A stretch of DNA of 55,528 nt, the filler included, from Sluysia triapertura (Eukaryota), in the NCBI GenBank assembly GCA_046118255.1. It is 4 parts of 4 records of this genome, joined end to end, with 100 filler letters (N's around TTAATTAATTAA, not from the genome) between each part and the next. Parts side by side here need not be neighbours in the genome. Positions count along the whole stretch, not along the records: positions 25,400 to 38,599 come from JBJNIA010053331.1; positions 38,700 to 55,528 come from JBJNIA010197376.1; 2 more parts are not named here. One strand, 5' to 3'. Each line of letters begins with the position of its first letter. The first letter of the stretch is position 1. Shown piece after piece: positions 38,503 through 53,627 of this stretch. Made by a program: the position numbers and the translations under genes. The notes below the pieces were generated by a model. It saw only the letters and a list, made by a program, of their open reading frames with translations. It was not told the DNA's origin and did not search any database.

Positions 38503-38775
38503 TGCAAAAACTAAAAACTATGTGCGAATAAAGCGACTTAAAAAATATAAGAAGTGAGTCCACCAACGTATTGGACTTACAAACCTAATGGCCAACCGTN
38601 NNNNNNNNNNNNNNNNNNNNNNNNNNNNNNNNNNNNNNNNNNNTTAATTAATTAANNNNNNNNNNNNNNNNNNNNNNNNNNNNNNNNNNNNNNNNNNNNA
38701 AGTCCAATACGTTGGTGGACTCACTTCTTATATTTTTTAAGTCGCTTTATTCGCATATAGTTTTTAGTTTTTGCA
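38503..38775. repeat. Inverted pair of near-identical LTR 3' ends flanking an assembly gap
   Basis: 38503-38578 is the reverse complement of 38700-38775 with about one mismatch. Confidence 0.85.
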
Positions 38776-41700
38776 AGGATAAATATTAATTTTGTATTTA
38801 AATCAAAATATATTTGGCAATAAATATTTATTTGGACAAGTAACAAATATAAAACACAATAAAAAATTGTAAACCAAACATAAAAACTCAAAAAATACAA
38901 ATTCAACAATAAATAAATAAAAGCATTATGCTTTAGCAGGTAAAAAAATTTCAATGAATAAAAGCAATTATTTCTTTATAAATTTAATAATGAAATTGGT
39001 ACTATTTTAAGAGCTTTAACATTTTAATATTAACAATTAGAAATTTTAACTTATTGCAACAATTTATTAAAATTATCAAATTAGTATTTTAGATAATTTA
39101 ATTATTTTAAATAATGTTTCTTTAATAATAATTATTTTTACAATGTATATTATAATATATACCACTTATATAATTTTTTATTTATTATGTTAACATAACC
39201 ATAAAATGCATTTTAAAAATTAAAAACGTTAATTGTTGTAATGCCTTTGTATTAATGTTTTACTAATATTAATTCATAATTAATCAAGTGAATAAAATGT
39301 ATTCTATTTTTTGAATTCCTATTGGCTAATTTAGTCTAATAAAAATATTAGACTAAATTTTATATTTTGTGTTTCTATTTCCTTAAATATAATTTATCGA
39401 GTTTTAACAATGGAAATTATATTTTTGACTACATTCCAAAGTATGTTTCGATGAATTGCTTGCTATGTTTTTTTGATTTCAAGTAAAATTATAATCATAA
39501 ATAATAATAATTATTATTATAAGTATAATTATAAATGTAAAACAATGGTAGTAATTTTTTAAAAATTGTTTAAATTAATATTAATAAAAAAATATTTATA
39601 GTAATTTAATTAATAAATGAAATAAAATTATAGTAATATAAACATATTATATTAAAATATGTTTTATAAATTATTTTGAACATTAAAATCTCATTTGTTT
39701 TATTTATTTTTTAAATATGAAAATTTATTATATATTTTATTTTAAACTGAATTTAATTTATGAAATAAACAATATAATTAATGTGAAAATATTATTTAGT
39801 ATATTTAATACAATATTTCAATGTATAATAAATATAATAAATATATTATTATTACATTTATTTTAAACATTATATCATTTCATAAGATTATCAATTTTAA
39901 TTATTTAACTTCAAAAATAATTTGATTTAAGCAATTAATAACTATAATTTAGATTTATTATTTCCATTGTTATTATTAATAATAATAATAATAATTAAAA
40001 TAATTTTATTATTAAATCAAAATTTGGAATAAAACAGAAAGGACAAGTTTAAGTATTTTTCAATATTTAAAAATAATTTCATAATCATTTATTACTTAAA
40101 TAAAAATGAAATAAAGCTTAAACATCACACTTTTGATGATCTTATTAAATAATTTTATTTAAAAAATAAAAAAACAAAATTAAAATTAAACTTTTTAATA
40201 ATCATTTATTATACATTTATTATTTTTAATTTAAATATTGTTAATTATAATTATAATAATAATTATTATTATTAATTTTACTTATTTAATAGCATAAGCA
40301 TAAACATAATTAACAAACTTATTTTCAGTATGATTTTATTTTATTTTATTACATTATTATTTACAAAATACACTAAACTAAACTTTAATATACTTTAATA
40401 AATTTTATTACATTTCAAAGAAACAATAAAATTTTATCACTGCAAAACTGTCAGTTTAAATTTAATGTATAACTCTTAAATCACACTAAAAGACGATCAA
40501 AAGAAAAAAAATTAAATATAAAGTAAGTCTTTTTAACGTTAACATGAAAATTATTATTTAATTTGTATGAACTTTTAAGCAGTAATTTATCCAGAAGCTT
40601 TTTATTTATCCAGAAGTTTAATTTTTATTAATTGAAATAAATTTTAAAATTTTGCTTACATTTTCTAATATATATGATGAAAAAAGAAAAGACAATTTGG
40701 TTGTATTCTATTTATGCTTTTAAAAAAGATTATCATTATGAATAATAATACATGATCTTAAATTCAATATGTTTTATTTTCTAAATTTTATTTTTTTAAT
40801 TTTCTGTAAACTAAATTAATAAATATTTGTTTTTGTTTCACTGAAACAATTGTTTAAAGTTTGTACAACAATATTAAATATTTATTTATTACAATTATAG
40901 TCTGAGAATCAAATTCTGAACAAATGTATAAATTATAAAATATTTCAAATATATACTACTTACTGTTTTACATTCATATAACAAATTTAAATATTTTAAA
41001 AGTAAATATTTTGTAACAAGTGACACAAAAGGAAATAAATTCCAAAAACAATTCGACAAAATTGGTATAGTGAGAAAGATATTTTATAATATATATAAGA
41101 ATTGTGAGGCTAGGTCAATACCATATTGCCAGTCGACTTAATTGTTTTATTATTTTAAAAAAACTAAAATTATTTTAAAAAATAAAATAAGCTAGATTGT
41201 CAATTTAAAATTATTAAATGAAAAAGGATTTTTTAAGAACATTCTCAAAAATATCAAATAAAATGAAGTAAAATTAGTTTAAGATGATAACAAGTAACAA
41301 ATGGAGAAAGTATAAAAACAGTTGGCTTTTGAAAAATTTAAATAAATGTCTATGTTAGATATTTACTTTTACAATTAAAAACTATCGATAACTTCACTTA
41401 GTTGACAATAAAAATGGTATACTTGCATGTAATGCTTTTTATAAGATGCGATAAATTAGCGTGGCTTTTTTATTAGAAATTTCGATTAGTTATTTCTAAA
41501 ATTATGATAAAAATCATTTTATATGACTACTTCTAACTATCATGCATCATTTTGATACATTTTCCAGCTGGCTACATGCTAGAACTTATTATATCTAATG
41601 AAAAGATGCATTTACTTTACTCTTTATATTTAATGGAAATAATTCATTAGTACTTGATTTCTAAAATAGTAATGTTCTCTTTCTATAGCTTTTGATAGAT

Positions 41701-42690
41701 TAAAACTATTTCAACAACTTTAGAGTCGCGTATAATCAGATTTATTAAATATTTAGGTATCTCAAATATTGAAAATATTTCTGGTTTGTATCAATATAGA
41801 ATTGTCGATTTTTAAGTTTCTATCTTGACCATGTCTTTTGAAGATCAATTAAACGTATGCTGTCAATTTATTCATTTATTATTAAAATGTTAAATTAAAT
41901 TTAGGTTGACGTTTGAATATTGGGGAATTTTAGATTGTTTAAGCATTTTCTAACTTTATTAATTGATTTTATAAACATATTTAATATAATAAATAAAATA
42001 TATATATAATATTAAAATGTAATAAATTTTTATAATATTTTTTACACTTGTAATACTTTTATAATATAATGTTTTTATAATATTTTTGAACAAAAATAAC
42101 TATCATTAATTTTATTAAATATATACCTATCAAAATATATAATTGTTAAAATATTAAATTTCAAAGATTAAGGCATTTTTCTTAAATGAAAAATAAAAGT
42201 TATAAAGTTAAAGATACTTAAACTTAATAAATATCTTGCAGACAATCATTTTGATTTTCAAATTTTCTATTATTCATTACTTCAAAAATATAACAAGTGA
42301 TAGATTATCATTGAATTATACTCTTAGTTTTATTGTAAACCAATGTGATTCTTTAAGACAAGATATTACAGGAGATTATTTTAATTAAAATAAAAGTCTC
42401 AATATTGTCTGCAAATTTTTCTTTTACACTTATGGAAGTAGCTTTATGTTAAATTAGGCTGAAACTTGAGTTTTAAATGACATTTTCATAGTAAACAGAC
42501 GAAGAATAAAAATATAAATCAGAAAGTTTGTTAATTAGGAGAATAAATTGGTTTAACAAATACCACTACCAAAATTTCATCAGTTTTGAAATTTTTAGAT
42601 TCAGATAAAATAAAAAGAGTAAATAATTAAATAAAATCTTCAATATCTTATAACACCAAACATTTTTCATACATAAATATTAATACATAA

Positions 42691-42985
42691 TGTTTTGGTT
42701 TTTTCTAACACTTAACCTATGGCAAAATATTTTTGACAATGTCCGGCTACAGCAAACGTTTTACAACTTATAGTCGGCGTTTTTACAACTAAATAAGTTA
42801 ATAGTTACCTTAATATTAATATTATTAAAAGTTAAAACTTACAATCAAATTTAATGTTTGAAGGTCTATATTCAAAAATACAAATTATATCAATTATATT
42901 TTTAGAAGCTAATTTTCTTTTTTAGAAAAAAATTATTTTTCAATTGATTTTAAATAATTTTAAAGAGTTTATGTGATTTTAGGCT
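42691..42985 (-). mobile_element. Family 1 LTR, deleted copy
   Basis: aacctatggcaaaata..tccggctacagcaaacgttttacaact matches the family 3' motif. Confidence 0.65.
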
Positions 42986-44702
42986 CCAAATGGCCAAAAA
43001 AACACTTTTAAATTTATTTTATAAAATTTTTACTGAAATGCTATTATTATATTTAATTTATTAAGATTAATTTAATTTTCATTTACAGATTTTAATAAAA
43101 AATAAAATAATTGAAATATTTAACAAAGTTATAATTAGAACATTATATTTATATTTAAATAATAAGTTTTTAAATTTAACAAATTTATTTTTTAAAAAAT
43201 TAATAAAATAAAGTCAAAATTTTCGAAAAATTTAAAATTTTAATTTAAAACTTATTTAATCAATAAAGTTTAATTAATAATAATGTTTTAAATAATACAA
43301 TATGTTTTTAAATAAAAGACGTAACATGAAAATTATAACAAAATATAAGTAGACAAGAATCAATAATAGTTTTGCACTTAATGTATCTATTGTAATATAT
43401 ATCTTTTGATTATTTATTTATGAAATATTATGATAGCAATAATAGATATGTTAATGTATTAAGTTGGTGTTATTATTATTATTATTATTACTATTATTTA
43501 AAATAAGAGTTTTAATAAAATTTATTGATATATTTACAATAAAATCTCTTATAAAAATATAATAATAGTAAAATTAATTTATTACATTTTGAAAATAAAT
43601 GATTAATTATTTTAAAATAATATATTATTCTTCTTTAACGATGGTATTTAGATAAGTTTCTAGTTCTGAATCATGTTATTGTTAAATGACTAACTAAGTC
43701 TAAATATTAACATTGAAATTTGACATTCATATTATAATGCACACAAACTACCACAAACTCATGAATAATTAAACCACACATAATTGTAACTAATTCATGA
43801 TTAATTACTATTTTAATGTATATATTGATTATATTGATTAATTATTATTATTTTATTATTATTATAATTTTTGAATTGATTTACTGGAATATTATAATTT
43901 TTAAAAGTTTAAAAGTATGTTATTATTTTATTTTTATTTTTTAATATTAATTACCTTTAATTATTTTAATAACTTTTAATATTAACGTAACTATTTTAAA
44001 AACATTTTATTTTTAAATAAAAACATTTTAAAAAACATTTTTAAATATTTTGTTTTAATCTGATCTTTCAAGGTCAGATTAAAACTACTATAAAAACAAA
44101 TCTAATGTTCATAATTTACACACAATTTTTAAAGTAAAAGATTTTATAATTTGCTCTTTGGTGAAGCTGCTAAATTCAAAGGATCAGTCACGTTAGATTA
44201 ATTAATTTTAAGATAAGATATTATTATAATATCATTTGAAACATTTCTACTTAAACTTATTTAATAAATCTGGCCCATATAAAGGTCTGTTGTAAAATTA
44301 TTTTTATTTCAAAGCAGACGTGTTAAGATAAATTCATAGATTTGCTAGATCCTATGATTCGAAATTCACCGATTCATGAGATGAATAATTGTGGTTTTTA
44401 AAAACTAGAAAACTCAGTGGAACTTTGAACGTTACATTATGATTACCAAATATGAAATTTAACTTATAGTAGTGATGCGTTATTACAAAATAACCAGCAC
44501 TTATTCTGCATCTGCATTTTTCTGCTACAAATCAAAGAAAATAACAATTTTGCATTTATTAGTTTAAAACAAAATAAAATTATACATACATGAATAAAAT
44601 CAGCATTTATAGCTATAAACACATATAAAAATATAAATATAAATTTGTTTAGAATAAAAATCTTTTGCATCTGATTTGATCAGGCACAAAAAATGTATAA
44701 AT

Positions 44703-44934
44703 CAACGTTTCTCAACCTTTTGACCCCGTGACCCAATAAAATTTTTTTTACATGAAGGAATGCTAAGAAATAAAAAAAGACATACTACTGGCGCTAATTA
44801 GTGTTTTGATTGTATAAATTAATTTTTTTTGTATGTATTTTATATTTATATTATAATATATTATATTATTTATACTAAGCCGCGAGTCCGCGACCCATAA
44901 AAATTTAACGCGACCCAACGGTTGAGAAACCTTT
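44703..44934. mobile_element. hAT (Charlie-like) MITE
   Basis: TIRs CAACGTTTCTCAACC / GGTTGAGAAACCTTT, 8-bp TSD GTATAAAT, subterminal GCGACCC repeats. Confidence 0.88.
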
Positions 44935-45873
44935 GTATAAATCATCGCTTATTTTACAATCAGCTATTAATAGCATGCTAGTTTCCTTATTTAACTTAGT
45001 ACTGTAAAATCTTCTGTAGTAATTGAATAACCAAAATCTGTTACCTATTCATTTTTCTTTGCTTTGCAGTAGTAGAAATTATTAAAGGTTTTAATATGCA
45101 TTTAAACTTCACGTCACACTCATTGACTACTTGGAATTTATTTTAACAAAAGCCGCGTAACAATAATGTCTTCTTCTTCTACTTCTACATAACATACATT
45201 AAATTGTAACTTTCTTTTTTAGCTTATTCTTGAATCTTTAATAAAAAATTAATTTGTAAAATAATACTCATTCACAATCGAATTAACATCGCAATATTTG
45301 AATATAATTTATTAATCATTACATAAATATCTTTTAAAGTAGTATCGCATTTTTATAAAAAGAATATCATCTTTATTTATTACCTGAATGTAATTGAGCA
45401 GTATCTCTTAAAATTACAATCAAATTTGATTTTGATTTTTAATACATTAAATAGGAATTTTTATCACAGGAATACATATCTTATAAAATAACAGAAACCA
45501 ACACAATATGAACATATTTTTATTTGAAAATAAATAAGAGTGGCCTTTGATGCCGTTATTTTAAAATAAAAGAATAAAAAATAAAATTTTTAATAAAATG
45601 TTCTTAAAAATAGTAATAAAAATGATAGAACAATGTTTCTTCGAAAATTTATTGAAATATAGGACAAATATTGGATAGACAACACTGAACTTAAATTCAA
45701 GAAAGAAAATTTTGATATTTTTACATATATAATTTATATCCATTGATTACCTTCTTGTTTCTCTACATGTATAAAGAAACACATAAGAAACAAAAATTGA
45801 AAAATTAAGAAAAGTAAAATTATTTTAAATTTTAAAATTGAGAATTTTAGATTTAGATTATCCCTCACAATGT

Positions 45874-46130
45874 TGTTAGGTTATCATCACAACTCTTAAA
45901 ATTACAAAATTTCAAAAACAGAAAATAATGTTTTCTAAAACAGAAAACGAAAATTATGGAATTTTCCAAATTCTACATGCTTATTATTAATCGGAAATTA
46001 TTAATGCAAATAAGTTTAAGTCGGATATTAAGATGTACCTGTGCGGTACGCCCTTACAAAAATATACTAACGAATTCGGAAGTTAAAATTTTTTAAAAAT
46101 TATTTTGCTGTAGGTTAAGGATAAGGAAAA
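45874..46130 (+). mobile_element. Internally deleted LTR (family 1/2-like)
   Basis: TGTTAGGTTATCATCACAACTC start and TTTTGCTGTAGGTTAAG end only about 250 bp apart. Confidence 0.55.
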
Positions 46131-49100
46131 TGTTGGAATTCGATTTAATGTTTAGTGATTATCTATTTTAATTCGACAATAAAATATAATTATCTGATTT
46201 TTTATGCAAGGATTCTTTGTGAGAAATGTGATTGCTTTAAGAAATGTGATTCACGTAAGTTTCTTACAATATTAGTCTTATACACTTAAGGGCTAAGTTG
46301 TAAGTAGCAAACAAAAATTAGTTAATGGAGGTTAACAGTTATTTTAAATGTCTAATGAATTATAATATTTTTGAAGGGTAATGTCAATATAATGATCAAA
46401 ACTGTTTTAAGAAATAAAGAATTTACTTGGCAATTAGATTTTTGGTGGATTGCAACTATTTTTGTAGAGTAATAATGTTTTACTCGAAAATTTTTTAAAT
46501 AGATAATGAATTTACAAAATTTTTTTATTAAAAACGGTTTTAATTGATTTTACTACAGATAAAATCAGTTTCTACTTTTATAAAAATTTTAGTAAGTTTA
46601 AGTGTATATGTTGCTACCGAATATAAAATCGGTGTCTTATAAACTAAATAACTAATAAAGTTCTGAAATTATATTATATCAATTGTTATGAAATACAGGA
46701 AAAGATTTACAATTCAGTTATTATAATAGAAATAAAAATGAATAGATTATATAATCTTTTGGGATATTAAAGGTTATTTTACTGGATATTTAAAAATATC
46801 TGTTTTTAAATTAATTATTAAAATTTAGTAGAATTTACTATTCTTTTAAAAACGAATTAAAACTTGTACAAAAATTAACTAACGAATACAAGTAGTAGAT
46901 CTCAAATTATTTCTGAAGGACTACAATATATTTCTTAAATAATAATCAAGTTTTCTCCAAAGATTATAATATGTTTCTTCAATACTTCTTTGATAAATAT
47001 TTATAAAAAAATTACTGAATTTTTGTGTGTTCACTACTTTAAATCTGACTTTAACATTTGTTTTGCGTTGGTTAATTATAAGAAATTTATTTTAAATTTA
47101 ACAAAAATTATTTTATTTTATAATTTTAAAATTATATTTTAATATATATAATAATAATATAACACTGCACAAAATTAAAATTCTATTTATAAATTTATTG
47201 ATTTAAAATTTTATTCATAGTTAATCTATAATTTGTAATCTATTTGTAATTTGACATAAATTTGACTGAAATTATAACTTGACATATAATAAGAGATAAA
47301 AATAATTTCTTTTCGAAGCATAATTTATTAATGTATAAATAAATAAACTTAGTAATAAAATTTATAGGCTCGACAAAGGTGTTATGAATTTTTGAGACCT
47401 TTTTAAGACTTGAAAAATTTTAAAGATTTTTGTTTTAAAAGGAAAGTAAACATAAAATTAAGTTAAAAACAAAGTTAAAGTTAAAGTTAAAGTCAAAGAT
47501 AAAGTTAATATTAAATATTAACCAATAAATTCTTTAATAAGTTTAACAAAAGAAAATTTTTTTGGAACCTTAATAGGGTTGGGTCAACACGGAAAATTTA
47601 TAAAGAGATTCGAAATAAGAGTTTTTATACTGAAAGCTTTAAGAAAATAAATATTTAAATATTCCTCAATCTTGGGATTGCAAGAAGTCACCCAATATTT
47701 TAAGATACTACAATTCCTTTATAATTTCACAAAATTATAGATATTTATAAAAAATATTATGCTTGTTAATTTTCTCTAAAATAAAATGTAGCATTGTTTT
47801 AAAATAGGGGCTGCAAAATAACAGTATCCCATTCCTTAACACTAAACGGACCAATGACCGATCAAAACAATATGAAATTGTATTGTTTTTTACCATTTTA
47901 TAATATGACTCTTAATTTTATATATAGGTACCGGTCAAATTACCGTTGAATTTAAAATTTCCTTCGATATCACATTTCATTTGAATCAATTCTTCAAAAA
48001 ATATAACTTGTACTTCATTTATTTTCATCGTTAATCCATATTAAATTTAAATGGCTAGACAGATTGACAGTAACGAAAATCGAGGTGTGATTTATCAATA
48101 ACTAAATCATAAACCGATGAGTTTGTTAAATCTAAAGAATACAATAATCACATTTAATAAATAATTTGTATTTGTATTGCAATTGAATTTTTTTAAAAAT
48201 CTAAAAATTTGAACGATTGAATTAACAAATCAATAAGGTATACAACAGAATAAAACTTTAAAGATCTGATATTAACAAAATTCAAGTATCATTTTCCAAG
48301 AGATAACTTATAAATTAAATATTTAAACTTGATGCAGTAATCGGCGAAGAAAGAACTCAGGTAGTAATTCTCGAACTAATTGAATAAGTATTTTAATAAT
48401 AATAATACTTATTCTTTTTAGTCATATTTATTATGTAAGAAGTTACAGTGTTATTTATAAATAGGAAAAACAAATGAATATTGAAATTTTGCATATGAAT
48501 AAGATCATGAAATAAGTACATTGATGCAAATGCAAATGTCAAGACCATATTGTTATTGTTATTAATGTGATTGAAGTTTTTGTTATTGTTTGAAAATAAA
48601 TTTGTTGCACATCGAATATTAATTGTCTGAGTACATGTCATAGAATTATTCAAGACCTGCAATATCATATATTTAATAGAAAAACAAATATGTAATTTTG
48701 TTTGATTCTGATAGGATGGCAAAATTACACGAAATTATAAAATTGTGTAAGTTGCTTTGGATGTTTAATTTATTATTATAAAGACATACGAAAAATAGGT
48801 TAGTTGTGTTTTCTGTATTAAGTTGTCTACGAATATTTAAAATAAGTGCATAATTTAATCTAATTAAAATTGAAAGGAAATATAACTCGTTCGTGTTGAT
48901 AGTTTCATTACAGAACTTATTACTTAATGTTTAGATTAAAATATATTTTAATAATAAATTTCAGTCCAGATTTCTTTCAATCTGAATACCAAATACAGTA
49001 TGATAAAATTCATTATTCTTTAAAATTATTTTTGGTTTACAATTTTCAAAGTTATCAATTTCGCGTTTTGAAAGTTTATACTCTAAAAAGTACAAACACA

Positions 49101-50283
49101 AACATTTATATAAAACAAAACGAGTATAAACAGAATAATAAAAATATAAGCTAGCAGTTAATTTGTGAACGTCTTTTTGATTTCATTTTCTGAATAAGTT
49201 GTGTGAACATATTAGTAAGTGTGTGTTACTTTTTGTGCTACATTTATGATTTGATTTGTAAATTTGAATTTTTATATATAAATTTGTCTAACTCTTTTTT
49301 TATTTATTTATTTCGCGTAAAACAAAATTTCAACTTGAAGCGTCTTTTTATAAACGAAGTTAAATTTAATTTTAATTTGAATAAAATATTGAGCTTTAAT
49401 TTTAAAATTACATTGATACCTTTTAAAGATGACTTAAAACTCGATATAGAAATTGAAATAAATTAAACCTTAGGCACTCTTGTGAATAATTCAATATTAT
49501 AAAATATTTTATCATAATTCAGTTATATCAATATAAAAGTAAATAATAAGTTTTTTAAAGATGCGTAAGTTTGAAATTTCACTTAAAATGACTTCCATAG
49601 GGATGAAATAAGCTCTTTGAAATTAAACTTTAAAATATGTGATACTATTAGATTTTAATTAGGTTCTATCGTTACAAAATTACTCTAAGTAAATACTTCA
49701 ATAGTTTTCTATTAATCATGATTAAAAGTCTGCCTTCAAATGGTCAAAGATTATCATAACTTAAACCAAGAATATTTCCACGAATTTGTGTTCAAATTAA
49801 ACAATCTTAAAGCTCAGTTTATTAAGTTGCTTACTTCGTACCGTTGAGTATTCCATAAAATCCACCCGGATTAAATTCGTTTCAATTGCAATAGTAACAA
49901 CTACTTTAGTTCAATAATCTATCACATTGACCATAATTTACATACATCTTATAGTTATTATTTTGCTTGGTATATGGACCGTTTTCTGCTCGCATCTCTT
50001 ATGACTTCTTTAAATTATCTATGAGATTGTTCTAGACTTATAATACAATAGCACAGAAAAATTGTGTCATATTTTAACTGAAAAATAGAAAAAATGTGAT
50101 GTAACAATTTACGCAAAATACGTGATATTATTAAAATAAGTGACTGGTATATAAAACTACTATAGGATTATGAAATATTTAAAAGTAAAACTAATGAATG
50201 ATTTATTTCAGGGGTTTATTTATAGCAACAACTATTTATTAAAAAGAAATTGTATTTAATAGTTTTATATTTCAAAATAATAA

Positions 50284-51107
50284 TGTTAGTTTGTTATCAC
50301 GACCCTCTAAAATCATATGAAATACTCTAAAATTATTTATAAGTCTTTAAAATCACTTTAAAATGTTTATTTTCCAGAAAAGAAATTTAAAATTTCTAAA
50401 AAAGAAAATTCGCATCTAAAAATAGAATAGAAGCTACTGGAATGTTCTAGAGCATTCCATCGATTCCTATCGACTGATGACTTTATATAAACTAGCATCA
50501 GTTTAATGAAAATTTTTCAGTTTCTATCCACTATTTTAAAATTTTCAATTTCAATTACATTTCAGTCGCCATTACGAATATTCTTAGGATATTTTGGATT
50601 CTGGGGAAAAATCATTTCAGGAGCTGTTCATGTCCATGTTCTATAAGTTATTTTTATTAAGGTAGATACTCATAGTAAAATATTAGTATCATAAAATCAG
50701 GTGAATATTTAGTAAGTTTCGCCGATATATTGAGGGTTAAAATATACGTAAAATTATCATAAATACAATTAAAGACTCGTGATGGTTTTAATTTTAATAA
50801 TTTTATATTTTTTTATTGCTGCTTAACTTCTAATTTTCTTTATTCTTATAATACTTTTTGATAACACAGTATTGTTAATTATTATTAAAATTGTGCTTTA
50901 ATATAAATTTGTGAATTTATTAGTTCTTATTTTAGATTTAATAAACTACCATTAGATCAGTTAGTAGATCCGAATGTTATGATTAAAGTTAAAGTATTTA
51001 TTAACTGTTCAAGCTACAGAAACGCCCAATGTACGTTGTAAGTCGTTTGCTGTAACTGGATCCTACTCAAAAATATTTTTCCGTAGGTTAAGTGTTAGAA
51101 AAACCAC

Positions 51108-51108
<1 letters not shown>
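50284..51108 (+). mobile_element. Solo LTR, family 1
   Basis: TGTTAG...AAAACCACA with ATAA on both flanks, followed by (AAT)n. Confidence 0.83.
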
Positions 51109-51154
<46 letters not shown>

Positions 51155-51192
51155 TAATTATCTCAAATTTTTTATTTTAAAATTGTCCACAG

Positions 51193-51603
51193 AATCAGTA
51201 TGATCAAAGATCGTCACCACAAACACAACCACAAATGGTTTATCAGCCGGAGACACAAATGATCGGAATGCAAACTGGACCGAAATTAGCTTACTCGGCA
51301 TCTAATTATCCGCAACAGCAGTTGCAACAGCAATATCAAGTACCTGCTCAACAGGGATATGTAATGCAACAATCACAAGGTAAAAATACTACAACTTATT
51401 ATGTACCAAATCAAGCAGCGGCAGGCAATCAACAATCACAGCTGACAATCGGTATCGATGGAACAAATGTCAAACCTAATCCAGTATTTGAAGCTCCTGT
51501 GGAAAAAATACAAGTAGTTAAACGAAATCAATCAATGCCACCACCAGTTCAGCATCACAAACCACAGCAACAGCAAAAATCTGCGGCTCAAATCATGCAA
51601 AAA
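51193..51603 (+). CDS. Gln/Pro-rich coding exon, probably of the titin/kettin-like gene
   Basis: Acceptor ccacag at 51192, open frame including ORF 51235-51627, raised GC; phase-0 donor AAA|GTAAAA at 51603 is compatible with the phase-0 acceptor at 53432. Confidence 0.7.
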
Positions 51604-52163
51604 GTAAAAAATATTTTCAAAGAATAATAAAATAATAAAAGAAAAATAGCTTCCACAGAGGCGGTTAAATAATTTTTAGTTGTCATAGTTTCTAGATGTA
51701 TTATTTATTTTTCACAGAAATTTATAATGTTAAATTTAAATAAATAGAGAAAATGATTTAATTTAAATTTTTTAGAGAATAATTTGATTATTATGTCTTC
51801 ACTTATTAATATCGTACGTGTTTTGTGAATAGAGAGTTTTATACGAAGTGCCCTCTTGCAATTCCTTATCTAAACAAAAGCATTTGCAACAAAAACTGAG
51901 AGAAATCCATATATTCGTCATTAAGTACAAGGCAAACGTTAAGTATTTTTATTGGTATTGTTAACATCGAAGTTTTAAAGATATGACCTGAAAGGCACAA
52001 TTTAATAACGAATTTGTTTATTATTAGTTAAAATATTAATATTTTAATATTTAATTTGTTTGCCATGTTTGTTTAGTTTTAATTTCAAATACTAAATGGT
52101 CATCTTAATCACCATGTACAATGAGGTACATAAAAAAGCATTGAACAAATAAAAAGAATAAGG

Positions 52164-52226
52164 TTGTTATATTAGACAAGGGATTTAACACTGGACCTTC
52201 CCTCTTTGAGCTATCAGCCCTAGTCT
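52164..52226 (-). mobile_element. Degraded third copy of the tRNA-derived element
   Basis: gacaagggatttaacac...tgagctatcagccctagtcta matches the B-box and A-box parts of copies 1 and 2. Confidence 0.5.
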
Positions 52227-52550
52227 AATAATTTGTTTTAATTTTAGTTCATTCCATGTCATTCTTATTAAATCTTATATCACCTAGTCATTTATTAAAG
52301 CAATATATTTATTACGAAAATGCTTCATATTTATTGGAAGTAATGAAATAAATAAATACAAATTCAAAATAATATCAGCTAACAGTTGGTTAGTAGTAGC
52401 AACAAATAAGATATTAAAAACGAAATAAAAAAATGAAAAATACAATTAAGAATGTCGAATATCAGTTAGTATTACAAATTTATTAATTTACAAAAGGTTG
52501 TTGATATAAGTTTGGTAAATAATTTATGGTTTTAACTTATTTAGACTTAA

Positions 52551-52748
52551 CCACTTAAGCATCAAATGTGTTCCGATTTGCGCTATCCCGAGCACCTCTC
52601 GCCACTTATAAATATTATGTTTATATTTTTATCTGGAGCGATACCTTCTCGCAAGTTTATATTATGATTTCTACTTTATCAATATAAATAAAAACAAAAA
52701 ATATGCTTTTTTGACCTCATTTCACAGAAAAACCCTCGCATTAAGTGG
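52551..52748. mobile_element. piggyBac-type MITE
   Basis: TTAA on both sides; TIRs CCACTTAA / TTAAGTGG. Confidence 0.8.
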
Positions 52749-53431
52749 TTAATTTCTTTTAAATTTGTGAATAATTTGGTGTTTTTATATTACCATAAAT
52801 CAAGACCATATAATGTAGCATTTTGCATTTTAAAGTATCAAATTTCTCAACAAAATTATTGCAAAATTATTTCAAAAATTGCTAAACCAATTCATTGTAC
52901 ACGAATATCAAAAACAAGTTACATTGTACGGATAATGAGGTATCTTTTATATTTTAAAAAGCCTTTTAGGAACCTTGAAAAAAAGCAGTTACGCAATTAG
53001 GACCTATTTATAGCTCAAAAGATTTGGAATAAGTTAAAGTCAGATTTAATCCATTGCTCGCCATAATTCAAAAATACAAAAATAATTAAATTAATGAGGG
53101 CGTATTAGCGGCAACCTGAAATTCACAACGATTTAAAACAAAATAGGAGAATTTTTAATACTTTCGTGAAGCACGTGATATGATCTCATTATTTTAACGG
53201 TTGTATTTTATTTAAAAGTTGAAGTTATTAAAAAAACATTTGTAAATGAGTCCCAAAAATGGGACACTGGGGATAATTGGTTAAATATTATTTTTAAATA
53301 TCTTAAACTCATTCAGTGTATTTAATTTAAATAAATTTTGCTAAAAATATGTTACCTATTTATATTACAACCATTATTTGTTTACGATTATAATTGTTAT
53401 TTTGTACAACACTTAAATCATTTAATTTCAG

Positions 53432-53627
53432 TCTTTAAGATCGTCTCGGAGTGAATCTATTGCAGGTATGGATGAAATTACTGAACCACCTAGATTTATT
53501 TTACATCCTAAATCTAGAATAGTGGTACAAGAGGGAGAACCTGTGACGTTTACAGCAAGAGCAGCTCCTGCAGGAGATCCAAATTTGTCAGTACAATGGT
53601 ACAAGGATGGTTGTCCACTGTCAGCAG
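53432..53627 (+). CDS. Titin/kettin-like I-set Ig domain, N-terminal half (exon)
   Basis: tttcag|SLRSSRSESIAGMDEITEPPRFILHPKSRIVVQEGEPVTFTARAAPAGDPNLSVQWYKDGCPLSAG|gttagt; PPRF, EGE, GDP.L.V.W.KDG are kettin/titin Ig hallmarks. An alternative acceptor is possible at 53466. Confidence 0.88.

Noticed and set aside
33281-49466. Short ORFs (33359, 38117, 38721, 44464, 45561, 48393, 48927, 49203) and a candidate micro-exon 33281-33315
   Set aside because: F/I/K/L/N/Y-rich products expected by chance in very AT-rich DNA; no motif support.
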